Source: Neocallimastix sp. 'constans'
Taxonomy: Eukaryota
Direction: 5' to 3'
Length of the DNA: 64,000 bases
Assembly: GCA_050613775.1 (NCBI GenBank)
Contig: JBODTK010000107.1
Location: 62,001 to 126,000 of the forward strand
The notes under the pieces were generated by a model. It searched no databases, was not told the origin of the DNA, and saw only the letters and a list, made by a program, of their open reading frames with translations. Of the stretch, positions 1 to 11,700 are shown one piece after another. Numbering within the stretch: position 1 is the stretch's first letter; every line of letters starts with the position of its first letter. Both the position numbers and the translations under genes were made by a program.

Positions 1-92
1 TATAGGTAATGTTCTTATAATTAATATTTACTATTTATTATTGTTATAATATATATGTGTATATATTAATTAAACTAGTATTGATTTTTTAC

Positions 93-383
93 CTTCCCAT
101 AATAACATTTTATCATCATCACCACTATTAAGTATATATTCTTTTATTTTTACACCAGTCCATATTGGATTTAGAGTATTTTTAATGACTGAACTTTTGT
201 AAACTTGAAGACTGGAACCATCTTCTTGTGTTTTTGATATAATAAAGTATGGATCACTTTTTCCGAAAAAGTCCTATTTAAATATTCATTATATTTTATA
301 ATTTAGTTGCAAAGAAATAAATAATCACAATCATTTATGATTAAAAATATTCATTATTATTAATATATATATTTATATATATG

Positions 384-414
<31 letters not shown>

Positions 415-875
415 AAACTTTACCATTTTATCTAAATTTGTTCCTCTAACATCCATACTTATTGTAACATTGCTTTCTTGTATCTGTTCAATATTAATAA
501 TAAGTTTTGGCTTCTTTGTTGTATTTCTTACTTTTTTGTTTTTAATATTCATATTTGGTGGTATTGTTGTTAATAAATCACACTCGTATTTGTTTTTAAT
601 ATCGTTACTTCCAATTAAATCACCTATGTTTTTTTCAGCATAACCAATAAAATCATTTGAAGAAAAAGAATCTGAATTATCATCCATATCAAAAACTAAA
701 AATCTTAATTTTTGTATCTTTTGTTTTATATATATATATATTTAAAGAAAAATACATTTTATACAATAAGGATAATATAATGATAAATAAAGATAATATA
801 TATATATATTTTAAATTTATTTTATTTGTTAATTATTAATATTTATATAATTTTTAATAAAATAAAAAAAATAAA

Positions 876-973
<98 letters not shown>

Positions 974-1478
974 TAATAATAATAATGATAATAATAATGA
1001 TAATAATAATGATAATAATAATGATAATAATAATAATAATAATAATAAGAGAGTATATTTATAGTAATAATAACAATGATTATGTTGAAAATGATAATAA
1101 TTATAATAATTAGTAATAATAATAATTATAATAATTAATATTAATAATAATATTTGTATTTACCATTTCAAAATAGTAATCAATAATGAATGATTTTAAA
1201 AAAGAAGGATTAAGATCATTATTAATCTTTTCTGTTGTTCCAACTTTAATCCATTTAATATCTTGTTCTCCTGAAGTATTAATCGTTTTCTGTTCTAAAA
1301 AAATAAATATTTTTGGATCACTTTTTGATAGAATATCAAGATTTGGCAAATCTTTACATTCAAATCTTAATTCAATTTTTGAACATAATTCTGTGTTATT
1401 GTTATGTGTGTTGGCATATTCTGTATAATGGTAATAATCTGGTTCAAATGCATTAGTTGATAATTCTCTTTTACTCAT
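93..1478 (-). CDS. Copine family C2-domain protein, 5' part only. Exons 1478-1164, 717-424, 273-93; the gene continues beyond the left edge
   Basis: Spliced translation gives two copine-type C2 domains: KIELRFECKDLPNLDILSKSDP...NNDLNPSF...IDYYFEM|IQKLRFLVFDMD and GTNLDKM|DFFGKSDPYFII...VIKNTLNPIW. GT-AG boundaries preserve frame. The VWA domain is not in the window. Confidence 0.9.
877..1047. repeat. (ATA)n/(ATG) trinucleotide microsatellite in copine intron 1
   Basis: About 170 bp of ataata with interspersed atg. It produces the spurious poly-Ile ORF 826..1113. Confidence 0.95.
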
Positions 1479-2676
1479 TTTTTTTTTTTTTTTTTTTTTT
1501 TTTGTTATTGTTAGTTATTTAACAAATAATCAATTAAAAAAACAAATAAGAAAAGAATATAATAGAATATAATAGAAATATTAAAAAAAAAAAAAAAAAA
1601 AAAACTTATTTATGTCTTTTTATATCTAATGGTACAATTATATGCTTTCTTTTTTATTATTATTTTATCATTAATTATTTTGTATTTTTTTTTTTTTTTT
1701 TTTTTCATTATTGTTTTTGCTTATATTTAAATATCTTGTAACTTTTTTCTTAATATTTTAAACAAAAATGAAAAAAAAGTTTGTATAACACATTATCATA
1801 TTAATAATAATAATAATAATAATAAACTATAGTAAAATAAAAAAAAAAAAAAAGAATATAATAATAATAATGTTATTATATATTTAAGTATCGAAAATTT
1901 TATAATTTTCTAAAATATTTATATTAATTATGCAAGTTATTACTTTTCACTTAGAAATAAAACATCAAATTTAATCTTTTTTTTTTTTTTTTTTTTGTAT
2001 TTCATTAAACATCCATGTAAAAATAATTATCAGAATTCATATATTATATCATTTTTTTTATGGAAATAATTAAATTTTTTTTTTTTTTTGTTATTTCATT
2101 GAAAAAGTATTTTAATGTTTTAGATAATTGTCATAATATAAATCATCCATATATAGTTTAATGATTCAAACTTTAAACAGTATTAAAAAATTATTAATTA
2201 CATTATTTAATGATTCAAATCTAAAATATTAATATAGTATAAATTAAAAATAAATAATAGTATAAACTTTATTTTTTTAAGTAAATTAAAATATTGATAA
2301 TTAAAATGTCATAAAGATGAAAATATAATTATTAATTAATACATTACTAAATATAGTAAATTTAAATTCAAATTAATTTAAATTATCTAAAATTTAAAAA
2401 AATTTCATGCTACAAAAAAAAAATATATATATATATATATTATTTTGATAAAATTTTATTGGTAAAGTAATATTTAAATATAATTATATTTAAAATATTA
2501 CTAAATAAAATAAAATAAATAGTAGGATATGAATATAAAGTATAGATTGAATAATATAAAAAAAAATTTAACCTTTATATATTAATGTGAATTATTTATA
2601 TTATTTATATTATAAATATAAATGAAAAAGAAATAATAAAGAATTACTCTAAAATAAAAAAATGAATTGACACTCC

Positions 2677-2760
2677 TAAAATAAAATAAAATAATATAAA
2701 TAAAATATAAATAAAATAAAATAAAATAAAATAAAATAAAATAAAATAAAATAAAATAAA
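2677..2760. repeat. (AAAAT)n pentanucleotide microsatellite
   Basis: Tandem aaaat units read directly. Confidence 0.9.
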
Positions 2761-2918
2761 AAAAAAAAAAAATTAAAAAATAAGACTAATAATAAGAGTT
2801 ACTGATTTTATTAGTCTTTATGATGTTATGTTCATGCACTTTCTAAAATAAATTTAAATTTATATTAAATAATAATCACAGATTGGCTTAAAGTACCAGA
2901 ACATATGAATTTATTTTT

Positions 2919-2968
<50 letters not shown>

Positions 2969-3299
2969 GAGTAATAAAGGAATTAAATAATAAATTAAAG
3001 TTTTTTTAATATTTCATATTTGAATTCATTGATATTTTATTTTAATTGTAAATATTTTTTTTCTAATGTTAAATATAATTTTGTTAGTATAAGGAATATG
3101 AAATTAATGTTTTTTTTTTTTTTTTTTTTTTTACTAAGAAAACAATACACTTCCATTTCTATATTTATTAATTATTAAAAAATATAGTATACAATTTAAA
3201 TGAAAAGGTTTAAAAGTAATTTTGGTATTATAAAATGAATTGAGATCATTTCTACTAAAAAAAATTTATTTAATAAAACAAAACAAAGAAGTAATATCT

Positions 3300-4140
3300 A
3301 TAAAGTAGATAGATAGTGTAGTGTCCTGCTGAACTCTAGAACCAAGAGAAATAATATTAAGAGATACAATTTCCATAGATTCGTTGTGTGAAGAATGACT
3401 ATTACTATTTGTATAAGATGGACTAGTAATGGAAGTTCTTTTTGCCATATCGGTTCGACGTTAACTCTCTTGGTTGTGAAAGGATTCATACTATACCAAT
3501 CAAAGAGAAACTCAAGAGAGCTTCTATACCAGCCATAAGATAATCTACGAGGCTAACTATATATAGAACATTAAACCCAAATCTCTATAATAGAAATTCT
3601 TTTAAATTTTTTTGTTCCCCAAAATTGAATTATTGGTAATCTAAAGCTAAAGTCAAGAACGAACATAAAAATATATTCATTAATTTGCCTTTCACAATCT
3701 AAAATAAATAAATAGGAAGAGAATAGAAGTATATTCCTTATTTTACTTCTTGATAAAATAATAGTAATAATAATAAAAAAAGGTCATTGATGAAATTTAA
3801 TGATTTCTATCCAGCATTAATAGAAGTGGAATATTCAAATATTTAATGAATAAATGACTGATCACATTTGGGATTTTTTTGTAATTCTACTACTTCTGAT
3901 AGTAAGAGTGGTATTGAACTTTCATCCACATCTTGAACGTAATATTCAACCAAATCCTAGACTAGGCTTAGTGTATTTATAGCTAAGTTTGAATAAAGTT
4001 CTTGTGTGATTGAATTTTGATTTATTATAGTTAGTACGTTTAATAGCTTGTCCCGTAGCAATATCAGACCAATATTCTTCAATAGTATCACTAAACTTTT
4101 TGATTTTTTTTTTTACAGCAGTAATTATTGCGAACTTTAA
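3300..4140 (-). mobile_element. Decayed 3' fragment of a LINE, diverged family
   Basis: Minus-strand translation YNKSKFNHTRTLFKLSYKYTKPSLGFG*ILRSRCG*KFN...DQSFIH*IFE aligns by eye with YDKNKFEETSKFIKLCYDYPDLSYGFYWLLRARSGYRLD...KQWISHWLID of the long LINE. TTKRVNVEPIWQ matches the C-terminal TTKSVNAEETVRQ motif. Stops and frameshifts are present; ends are approximate. Confidence 0.75.
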
Positions 4141-4369
4141 ACTTTATTTATTTATTCATTTATTAATTACATGAATATTTTTATTTTTATAAATAAAAAG
4201 TACTCAATTAATAAAATAATAAATATTATTTGTCAATTAGAACATAAAAATATTTATAATAATAATGTGAAATGAAAAAAAATATTCAAAATAAAGTGTA
4301 TAAATAAATTCTGAAAAAAGTTCATACACAACTAACCTCACCTCAAAGATTATAAAATTCCTTTATAAA

Positions 4370-4715
4370 AGGAATTCTTATTCCGAATTAAGATTTGAAC
4401 TAACCATTTGAAAGAAATTATGGTCTTCTTCTTCAGAGACATTGACCCTGCTAGCCTGTCTTACTGCATTTTCAGCGTTGACGCTCCTGGTTAGTTTATA
4501 CTTATACAGTTGGAATACCAATCCCTGACTAGTACTAGCCCTAGACATAATTTCTGTAAAGAGAGACGTAGATATTACCTAAAATGGTATTTTCGAATAA
4601 TCACCATAAACGATTTAGTTCTTAAACAAAAATTTCACATTTCTTTTTTATAATTTAAATCAATAATGTCTGTATCTCTTCCACTAAGAAAGAAGTTATA
4701 TAATCGGTACTACGT
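4370..4715 (-). mobile_element. Decayed 3' fragment of a second LINE family
   Basis: Translation LYNFFLSGR...LFKN*IVYGDYSKIPF*VISTSLFTEIMSRASTSQGLVFQLYKYKLTRSVNAENAVRQASR matches the long LINE VFHFLLGGR...LFKCQMKSGAYSDTPFLVVTAALLQSIIPIAS...KSVNAEETVRQARR. The sequence gcctgtcttactg is shared with ~9049-9061. Confidence 0.8.
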
Positions 4716-4834
4716 CACATATATATATATATATATTTAGAGTAAGAAGAGAATACACTTCATTAAATAAATAAATATATTTTTATATATTACATTTTTT
4801 TTTAAAAAATATACATTATATAATCTAAAGATAA

Positions 4835-5080
4835 AAATAAAATATATATAAAAGATTAAGTTAAATAAAAAATAATAAAAATTAAAAATAAACAAATTTT
4901 AATTGATCATAGAAAATTTAATGTAATAAAGAATAAAAAAAATTCATAAATTAAAAAAGAAAAAAATAAAAAAAAAAAATAAAATATATGTAAAAGATTA
5001 AGTAAAACAAAAAAAAATGAAATTAAACATAAACAAATTTTAATTAATCATAGAAAATTTAATGTAATAAAGAATAAAAA
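4835..5080. repeat. Imperfect tandem duplication of about 105 bp (4835-4940 and 4976-5080)
   Basis: Both copies contain aaaagattaagt...aaacaaattttaatt(g/a)atcatagaaaatttaatgtaataaagaataaaaa. Confidence 0.8.
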
Positions 5081-5582
5081 TAAGTTTAAACGTTTAAAAA
5101 ATTTTGGTGTGATGTACTCTACTAATATTTTTTCTTTTTTAAATATACTTTTAGCTAATTTATGATTATTCAACAAAAATTTTTAATGTCTTAAAGAGCT
5201 TTATTAATTGAAATAATTACAATCAGTCAAAAGATAAAACGAAACAATTATTCATTTTAACAGTATATACAAGTAATTTTATATCAATAAATTTCTAACC
5301 CTTGTGTAAATTTAAAAATATTATATCAGGAATACTGGATAAAATCAATTATTTACAAAATCTAAACACTATTAAATCATCAAGAACAATTATATATTTC
5401 AAGCTTTCATTTATTCAACACCAATATTTTTTTTATATATTATTTTAAGGGAATTTACTTTCTCTTTTATTTTTATTTTATTATATATATTAAAAAAAAA
5501 AATTTTTTTATCTATTTTTTATTATTATTATTATTTTTTTATTATATACTTCTTTTATTTTATTTTTTAGGCTTTTTTTGAA

Positions 5583-7915
5583 ATGGATAATACTTCTCCA
5601 AATTCAGCAACTATACCTGTTTTACGGTGAGTTCTTCGTAGATACGATATTCAGAATAAAGATTTTATTCTTATCTTTATTCATGATCTTCAATCATGGT
5701 CTGTTAGTAAACTTTGGGAATTTCTTAGTAAACGTATTTCCAGTTGCAATGAAATAGTTCATGGAATTACAAAAAAACACACAACTAATATGGAAAATTA
5801 CTTCATTTTAAGGTTAAACTATGATAAACCCACTTATTATCTAAATATTTTATTTCTTCTTACTAGATGCCTTCCTATATATAAAATTATTTGGATCCTT
5901 TTGAATATAAATATATCATTTCTGTCAACATTACGTCTTTTTAAGGAATTAAAATGCATTATTGGTAAAATTTATGTTCCTACGGTCACTCATAAGGAAG
6001 AAAGAAAGAATGTCTTTTCAGAAATTACTAATTAGACAAAGAAACATACTAATACACCTTTTATTCTTGTAGGTGACTTTAATATGTCTAAATCCCAATT
6101 AGAAAGTTTACTTAATAAATCATCACATTAGTGGTTCATTAAAAACTTATCAGGTCTCGATTTCACATGGGCTCGGGATGGTAGATCGTCTTGTATTGAT
6201 CATATTTTATTTAATTGTAAAATGAATGAATACATTAATAAGGTATCCGTTTGTAGTACATTCAATGATTCAATGATATATCTGACCACTTTCCTCTTAT
6301 CCTTTCCTGTAAGAAAGATGACTCAGAAGGTTTTCGTGCTCCTACTCTTTCTAGAAGATTCAAGTGGTCCCAACACATGTGTAATGAAAAGCATAATGAA
6401 ATATTCTCAAGTAAGTACTTCTCAATTCTTCTTAATGAATTTAATGATAATAAAGAATTAAGTTCTAATGAAGTGGTCAATAAATTTATAGAAACAGCTA
6501 ATAAAGTTGGTGATAAAGTTCATGCTAGAGTTCCTTGTGATCTTAAAGGCTCAGTTTTCCACTGCCCTTATTATATCAAGAAACTTTCTCATGAAAAGCA
6601 TGTTACATTTAATGAAATCAAAAATTTTTCTTTAGGTCCTAACCTTGAAAACCTTGATGAATTTTTAAATTTGCTTCGTGAATATAAAAATATATATGGT
6701 AAAGTCAGGACAATTAAGTTTTCTATTAAATCAAAACAATTTCATCAGTCAGTAGAATCTGCATGTAATAATTTTCGTAATAAAAATTCTAGGAGTGCTT
6801 GGTTAAAATTAAAGAAGCTATCTCACCCTATGTACTCTAATTCTATTTCGTCAAGCGTTTTAAAGGTCAAGCAGAGTAACTTTTTATTTTCTCATTCGGA
6901 TCAATTGAATCGATTTGCTGAATATTACAGTGAACTAGCTTCTGATGTTATTCAACACAGTTTGGATAATGAATACTGGGTAAGTTTATTTAGAACTAAT
7001 CCTAATAATAATCCTACTTGGAATATTAATGATTCTATTACTATGGAAGAAATTTAAAACACTGTACTTGATATGAAAAATAATAAAGCTCCTGAACCCG
7101 ATGGTATTCCGATTGAATTTTTTAAAGCCTTCTTTAGTAAATCTGATTTATCCGATAATCAAAATGATTCTTCGGATGATCACTACTCTAAGTGTGCTAA
7201 ATGTTTACTTTCATTATTTAAAAAAATCTGGGATGGTGATTTCCCTGAATTTGGCTTCTATAATATCAATTCCAAAAAAAAGAGATCTTTCAGATTGTAA
7301 TAATTATCGTGGTATTTCTCTTATTAATGTTGGCTTAAAAATTATTTTAGAGATTGTTACTAATAGAATTGCTAAATATGCCTTTGAATATAAATTTGTT
7401 AGACCTGAACAATTTGGATTTAGAAATAAAGAAGAATGCATAAGTTTATATATTTCAATTAGAGAGATATGTCAAAGATGAAAATTTCAAGGAAATTTTA
7501 CTTATCTTGCTTTTCTTGATCTTAAAAAAGCCTAGGATTTTGTACCTATCTATAATATTTTGACCAAATTATATAACTTAGGAATTAGAGGTAAATGTCA
7601 TCTGTTTTTAAAGAATCTTTATCTATCCTCTAAAGCTCGTGCTTTTTTTAATGGTAATCTCTCTGAAGAATTTTCGATAAATCGTGGTGTTAGACAAGGA
7701 TGGTGTATATTTTGATTCTCAATATTGTTGTGGTGGACTTTTTGCTGATGATATTGTTTTAGTTGCTCCATCTAAACAAGCTCTTAAGAAAATTTTGAAT
7801 AAAGTTCATGAATGGGCTATTAAAAATGAAATGACTTTTGGAATTAATAAGTGTGCTACTCTTGTTGTAAAACCGATTAACTTTATTAAGCCAATAAATT
7901 ATGAAGATCATCCTC
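5583..7915 (+). pseudogene. Decayed LINE ORF (APE endonuclease + reverse transcriptase) with many stops, frameshifts and deletions; 3'-truncated
   Basis: APE motifs IGKIYVP, ILVGDFN, FTW, SCIDH and DHFP. RT motifs KAPEPDGIPIEFFK, DCNNYRGISLIN, RPEQFGFR, YLAFLDLKKA*D, GVRQG, GGLFADDIVL and FGINKCATL. Colinear with the 9056..12598 ORF but split across frames. Confidence 0.92.
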
Positions 7916-8214
7916 TATTTCCATAAAGGTTGAATCTCGCCCTATTAGTTCAATAAATGATGAATCCGGGGAGAGTTTAGTGGACACCACACTATCTATT
8001 TTAAAGATGTTACTTCTAGGTTTTATTTCTTTTTTATTTGTTAGGAAGGGAAAAATTCCCGCATAGTACAACTTGCCGAAATACATAGTATTTTCGAGCT
8101 TTTTTATTTTTTATTTTTTAAATTTTTTATTTTTAATTTCAAATGTACTTTTCACCTACATGTATTTTTTAAAATAAAATTTTGGAAGTGTATTCTCTTC
8201 CCTGTCTAAAAAAA

Positions 8215-8539
8215 ATAATAATGCCCTTGTGAAGTCATACAGATATTAAATGAAACTAGAATATATTATACCATTATTTTATTTTATTTTGTGTTTTTTT
8301 TTTTTTTTTTTTTTGTTTATTTTTTATCTTTTTTCTTTTTATTACATGTATTTTATCATATATTTAATTAATAAAGATGAGATAAGTTTACTGCCGTTAA
8401 AAAAAAAATTATTTTTTTTTATTTTATTTTGCGTTTTTTTTGTTTTGTTTATTTTTTTTATCTTTTTTTTTATTACATGTATTTTATCAAATATTTAATT
8501 AATAAAGATGAAACAAGTTTACTGCCATTAAAAAAAAAA
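8215..8539 (+). mobile_element. Two tandem short 3'-UTR/poly(A) copies of the young LINE family (8215-8408, ~8410-8539), inverted relative to the long element
   Basis: Reverse complement of 8757-8955. Each unit ends ...attacatgtattttatca..tatttaattAATAAAgatga.a.aagtttactgcc.tt followed by an A-run. Confidence 0.85.
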
Positions 8540-8756
8540 TAAAATTATTATTATTTTAAATTAAATAAAGTTTTCTCTAAGTCTAAAAAAAAAAAAAAAA
8601 AAAAGTGAAAGATCTAATACAGGGGTCTACTGTTCAGTATATTGTTGGACTTACTGAATATATTGCTAATACAATACCGATCCTGTATTATCATTATGCC
8701 TTATCAGTAAGAGCATTATTATACTGAAGTATAATAATTATGTTTGACTTCACAAT

Positions 8757-11700
8757 TTTTTTTTTTTTTTTTTAACAACAGCAAACTTGTTTCGTCTTTA
8801 TTAATTAAATATTTGATAAAATACATGTAATAAAAAGAAAAAAAAGATAAAAAATAAACAAAAAAAAAAAACACAAAATAAAATAAAAATAATGGTATAA
8901 AGTATTCTAGTTTCATTTAATTAATATTTGTAAGACTTCACAAGGGCATTATTATACTATAGTATAATAATTAATTTTGACTTCTCAATGTTAATCATAA
9001 TTTTAAGATACAAAATTATGATCTTCATTGGTTGCACTAGCCCTTCTGGCCTGTCTTACTGTTTCTTCAGCATTGACGCTCTTGGTAGTAGTAGTACGAT
9101 TCGATTTGAACCTATTGAACAAAGACCATTGCTGGCAATAGGTATAATCGATTGAAGAAGTGCCGCAGTAACCACCAAGAATGGAGTATCAGAATAAGCA
9201 CCTGATTTCATCTGGCACTTAAATAGATCCTTCCATTCCCTTGTACTGTTATTAATACTTCGACCTCCAAGAAGGAAATGAAACACTTTTTCACACACAC
9301 TAGAATCAACATACACATTATTTTCAATACTATTACTAACATTACTAAAAATACTATTACTAATATTACTATAACTATTGTTACTATTACTATTATTACT
9401 ATTACTATTATTACTATTACTATTATCATTATTACTATTAACAATATCATTTGTTAGGTTGCCACGGTAAAAAGCATTATATAAAAATAAAATTTTATCA
9501 TTAACTTTACTACGAGTATGATTGAAAAAGGGACAATCAATTAACCAATGACTTATCCATTGTTTATTACTTTTACAACAGGGACAAAAATTAGGACACA
9601 TTTGGTCCACTATTTTTGCAGCTTTAGCAATTCTAGCATCTAATCTATATCCGCTTCGTGCTCTCAATAGCCAATAGAAACCATATGAAAGATCAGGATA
9701 GTCATAACAAAGTTTTATAAATTTTGATGTTTCTTCGAATTTGTTTTTGTCATAAAACTCAGCTTTAATAGAATTGATTTTCATATCTCTTTTCCAATAA
9801 AAATCCTTGATTTTATTATCTTTATTACCTCTTTTCTCTAGTTTACGTTTAAGAGTTCTACTTTCTTTTGTCCATGTATATTTTCTAGATTTTGGAATAT
9901 TATTAACTAAATAGGAAATAATACAATTTGAATTTTTCCATTTATCAAAACATTTGACCTGAGACAAAGCACACTTAGCTGACAATGGAGGAATATGTAA
10001 ATCTTTTGAAATAGAATATACATTAATAAATGATTTGGCTTTTTGTATACCTGCAATCCATCTTAATCCTTTATTAATTAATTTCTGAGTATTATTTGTT
10101 CTCGTTTTATTCGAACCAAGTAAAGGTGCAAAGTAAGAGACTTTACTAAGTACATAAGAGTTAATTATAATCTTCTTAAATGGAATAGGAATTTTGGAAT
10201 TTGAAAGAAATTTACTAACAGAAAAGAGAGCTTTAGTTACTTTAGAGTTAAGTAATTTAATAATAGGTTTCAACGATAAGCTTTTATCAAATGGTATACC
10301 TAAATAGGTATAACATTTAGTTATTGGAATTGGTTGACCAGCAAGATAAAAAGTAGGATCTCTTTTATTTTGAAAAAGAGGTGTGTCTGGTCGAATCACC
10401 ATCGTTGCACACTTATTAATTCCAAAATTCATCATATTAAATTTAGCCCATTCATTTACCTTCTTAAGCATTTTTTTCAACTTAGTTCTTGACGGTGCGC
10501 ATAGAACAATATCATCTGCAAAGAGTCCACCACAACATCTAGATTCGCCTAAAGGAATTCCAAGTTCTGAAACATCATTAAAAATGTCATTAATAAAAAG
10601 ATTGAAAAGAATTGGTGATAGTGGACAACCTTGTCTAACTCCTTTCATAATATTAAAAGATTCCGAATATTGATTATCAATTTTAACACTAGCTTTGGAT
10701 GTCAAATATAGATTTTTTATAAATTGATAACATTTACCTCTAATACCTAAAGCATCTAATTTATATAAAATATTACCTATTGGAACAGAATCATATGCCT
10801 TTTTTAAATCTAGAAAAGCTAGGTAAGTTTCTTTATTATCATTGTTACGCCTTTGACAAATTTCTCGAATTGAAATAAATAAACTAACACATTCTTCTTT
10901 AGTACTAAATCCAAATTGCTCTGGCCTAATAAAATTATTTTTAAGTCCATATTCTGAAATTCTTTTGGAGACTATTTTCGAAATGAGTTTAATACCATTG
11001 TTAATCAGAGAGATACCTCGATAATTGTCACAATCAGATAGATCATCTCCTTTTTTAGGAATAGATATAATACTTTCTTCATTCCATGAGCTAGGAAATT
11101 CTCCATTCCAAATTCTTGAGTATATCTTCTGTAAACAATTTAAACCAGAAGAAGAATTATTTACTGAATTTTCGTCATCCGGAGGAATTAAAGCTTTATA
11201 AAATTCAATAGGAATTCCATCCGGGCCTGAAGCTTTAAAATTTGGAGTAGCCAAAATTGCTTCTCTAATTTCTTCTATACTGATGTCTTGATTTATATCC
11301 CATTCATTGTGTCTCGTATACCTAAATGTTCCATTGGAAAATTTATTATACCATTCGATTAATGCACTATTGATATCAGAATGGCTTGAAGCAAGTTTTT
11401 TATAGTGATTGTGCCATACTTCTAACTGTTCTTTAGTAGAAGTAGCTAGTTTACCATTTTTGTCCTTTACTGGAGAATTTGACATATTTTTAAATTTATC
11501 TACATTTGCTGTTGTTTTAAGCCATTTCCAAGCTTTTTTAGGGTTATGAGATTTCATATATTCACATCCTGTATTAATCCAATGTTGGTATTCAGTTTTC
11601 CTATAAATATTACACATATGATGAATAATTTTGCACATTCTATTATATTTATCAATTAATTCTTCAAATTCATCTAAATTATGATAAGAACCTCTTCTTT

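Noticed and set aside
826..1113. Hydrophobic ORFs such as 657..839, 826..1113, 8250..8498, 8719..8916, 37466..37738, 41107..41298, 44520..44702, 46204..46410, 51730..52137, 54264..54446, 54931..55218 and 56466..56666
   Set aside because: They are translations of microsatellites, homopolymers, introns or UTRs and have no family motifs.
9030..9075. Hammerhead ribozyme (CUGAAGA on the minus strand)
   Set aside because: No properly placed GAAA or stems II/III, and the motif is not kept in sister copies (ctgaaaa, cttaaga).
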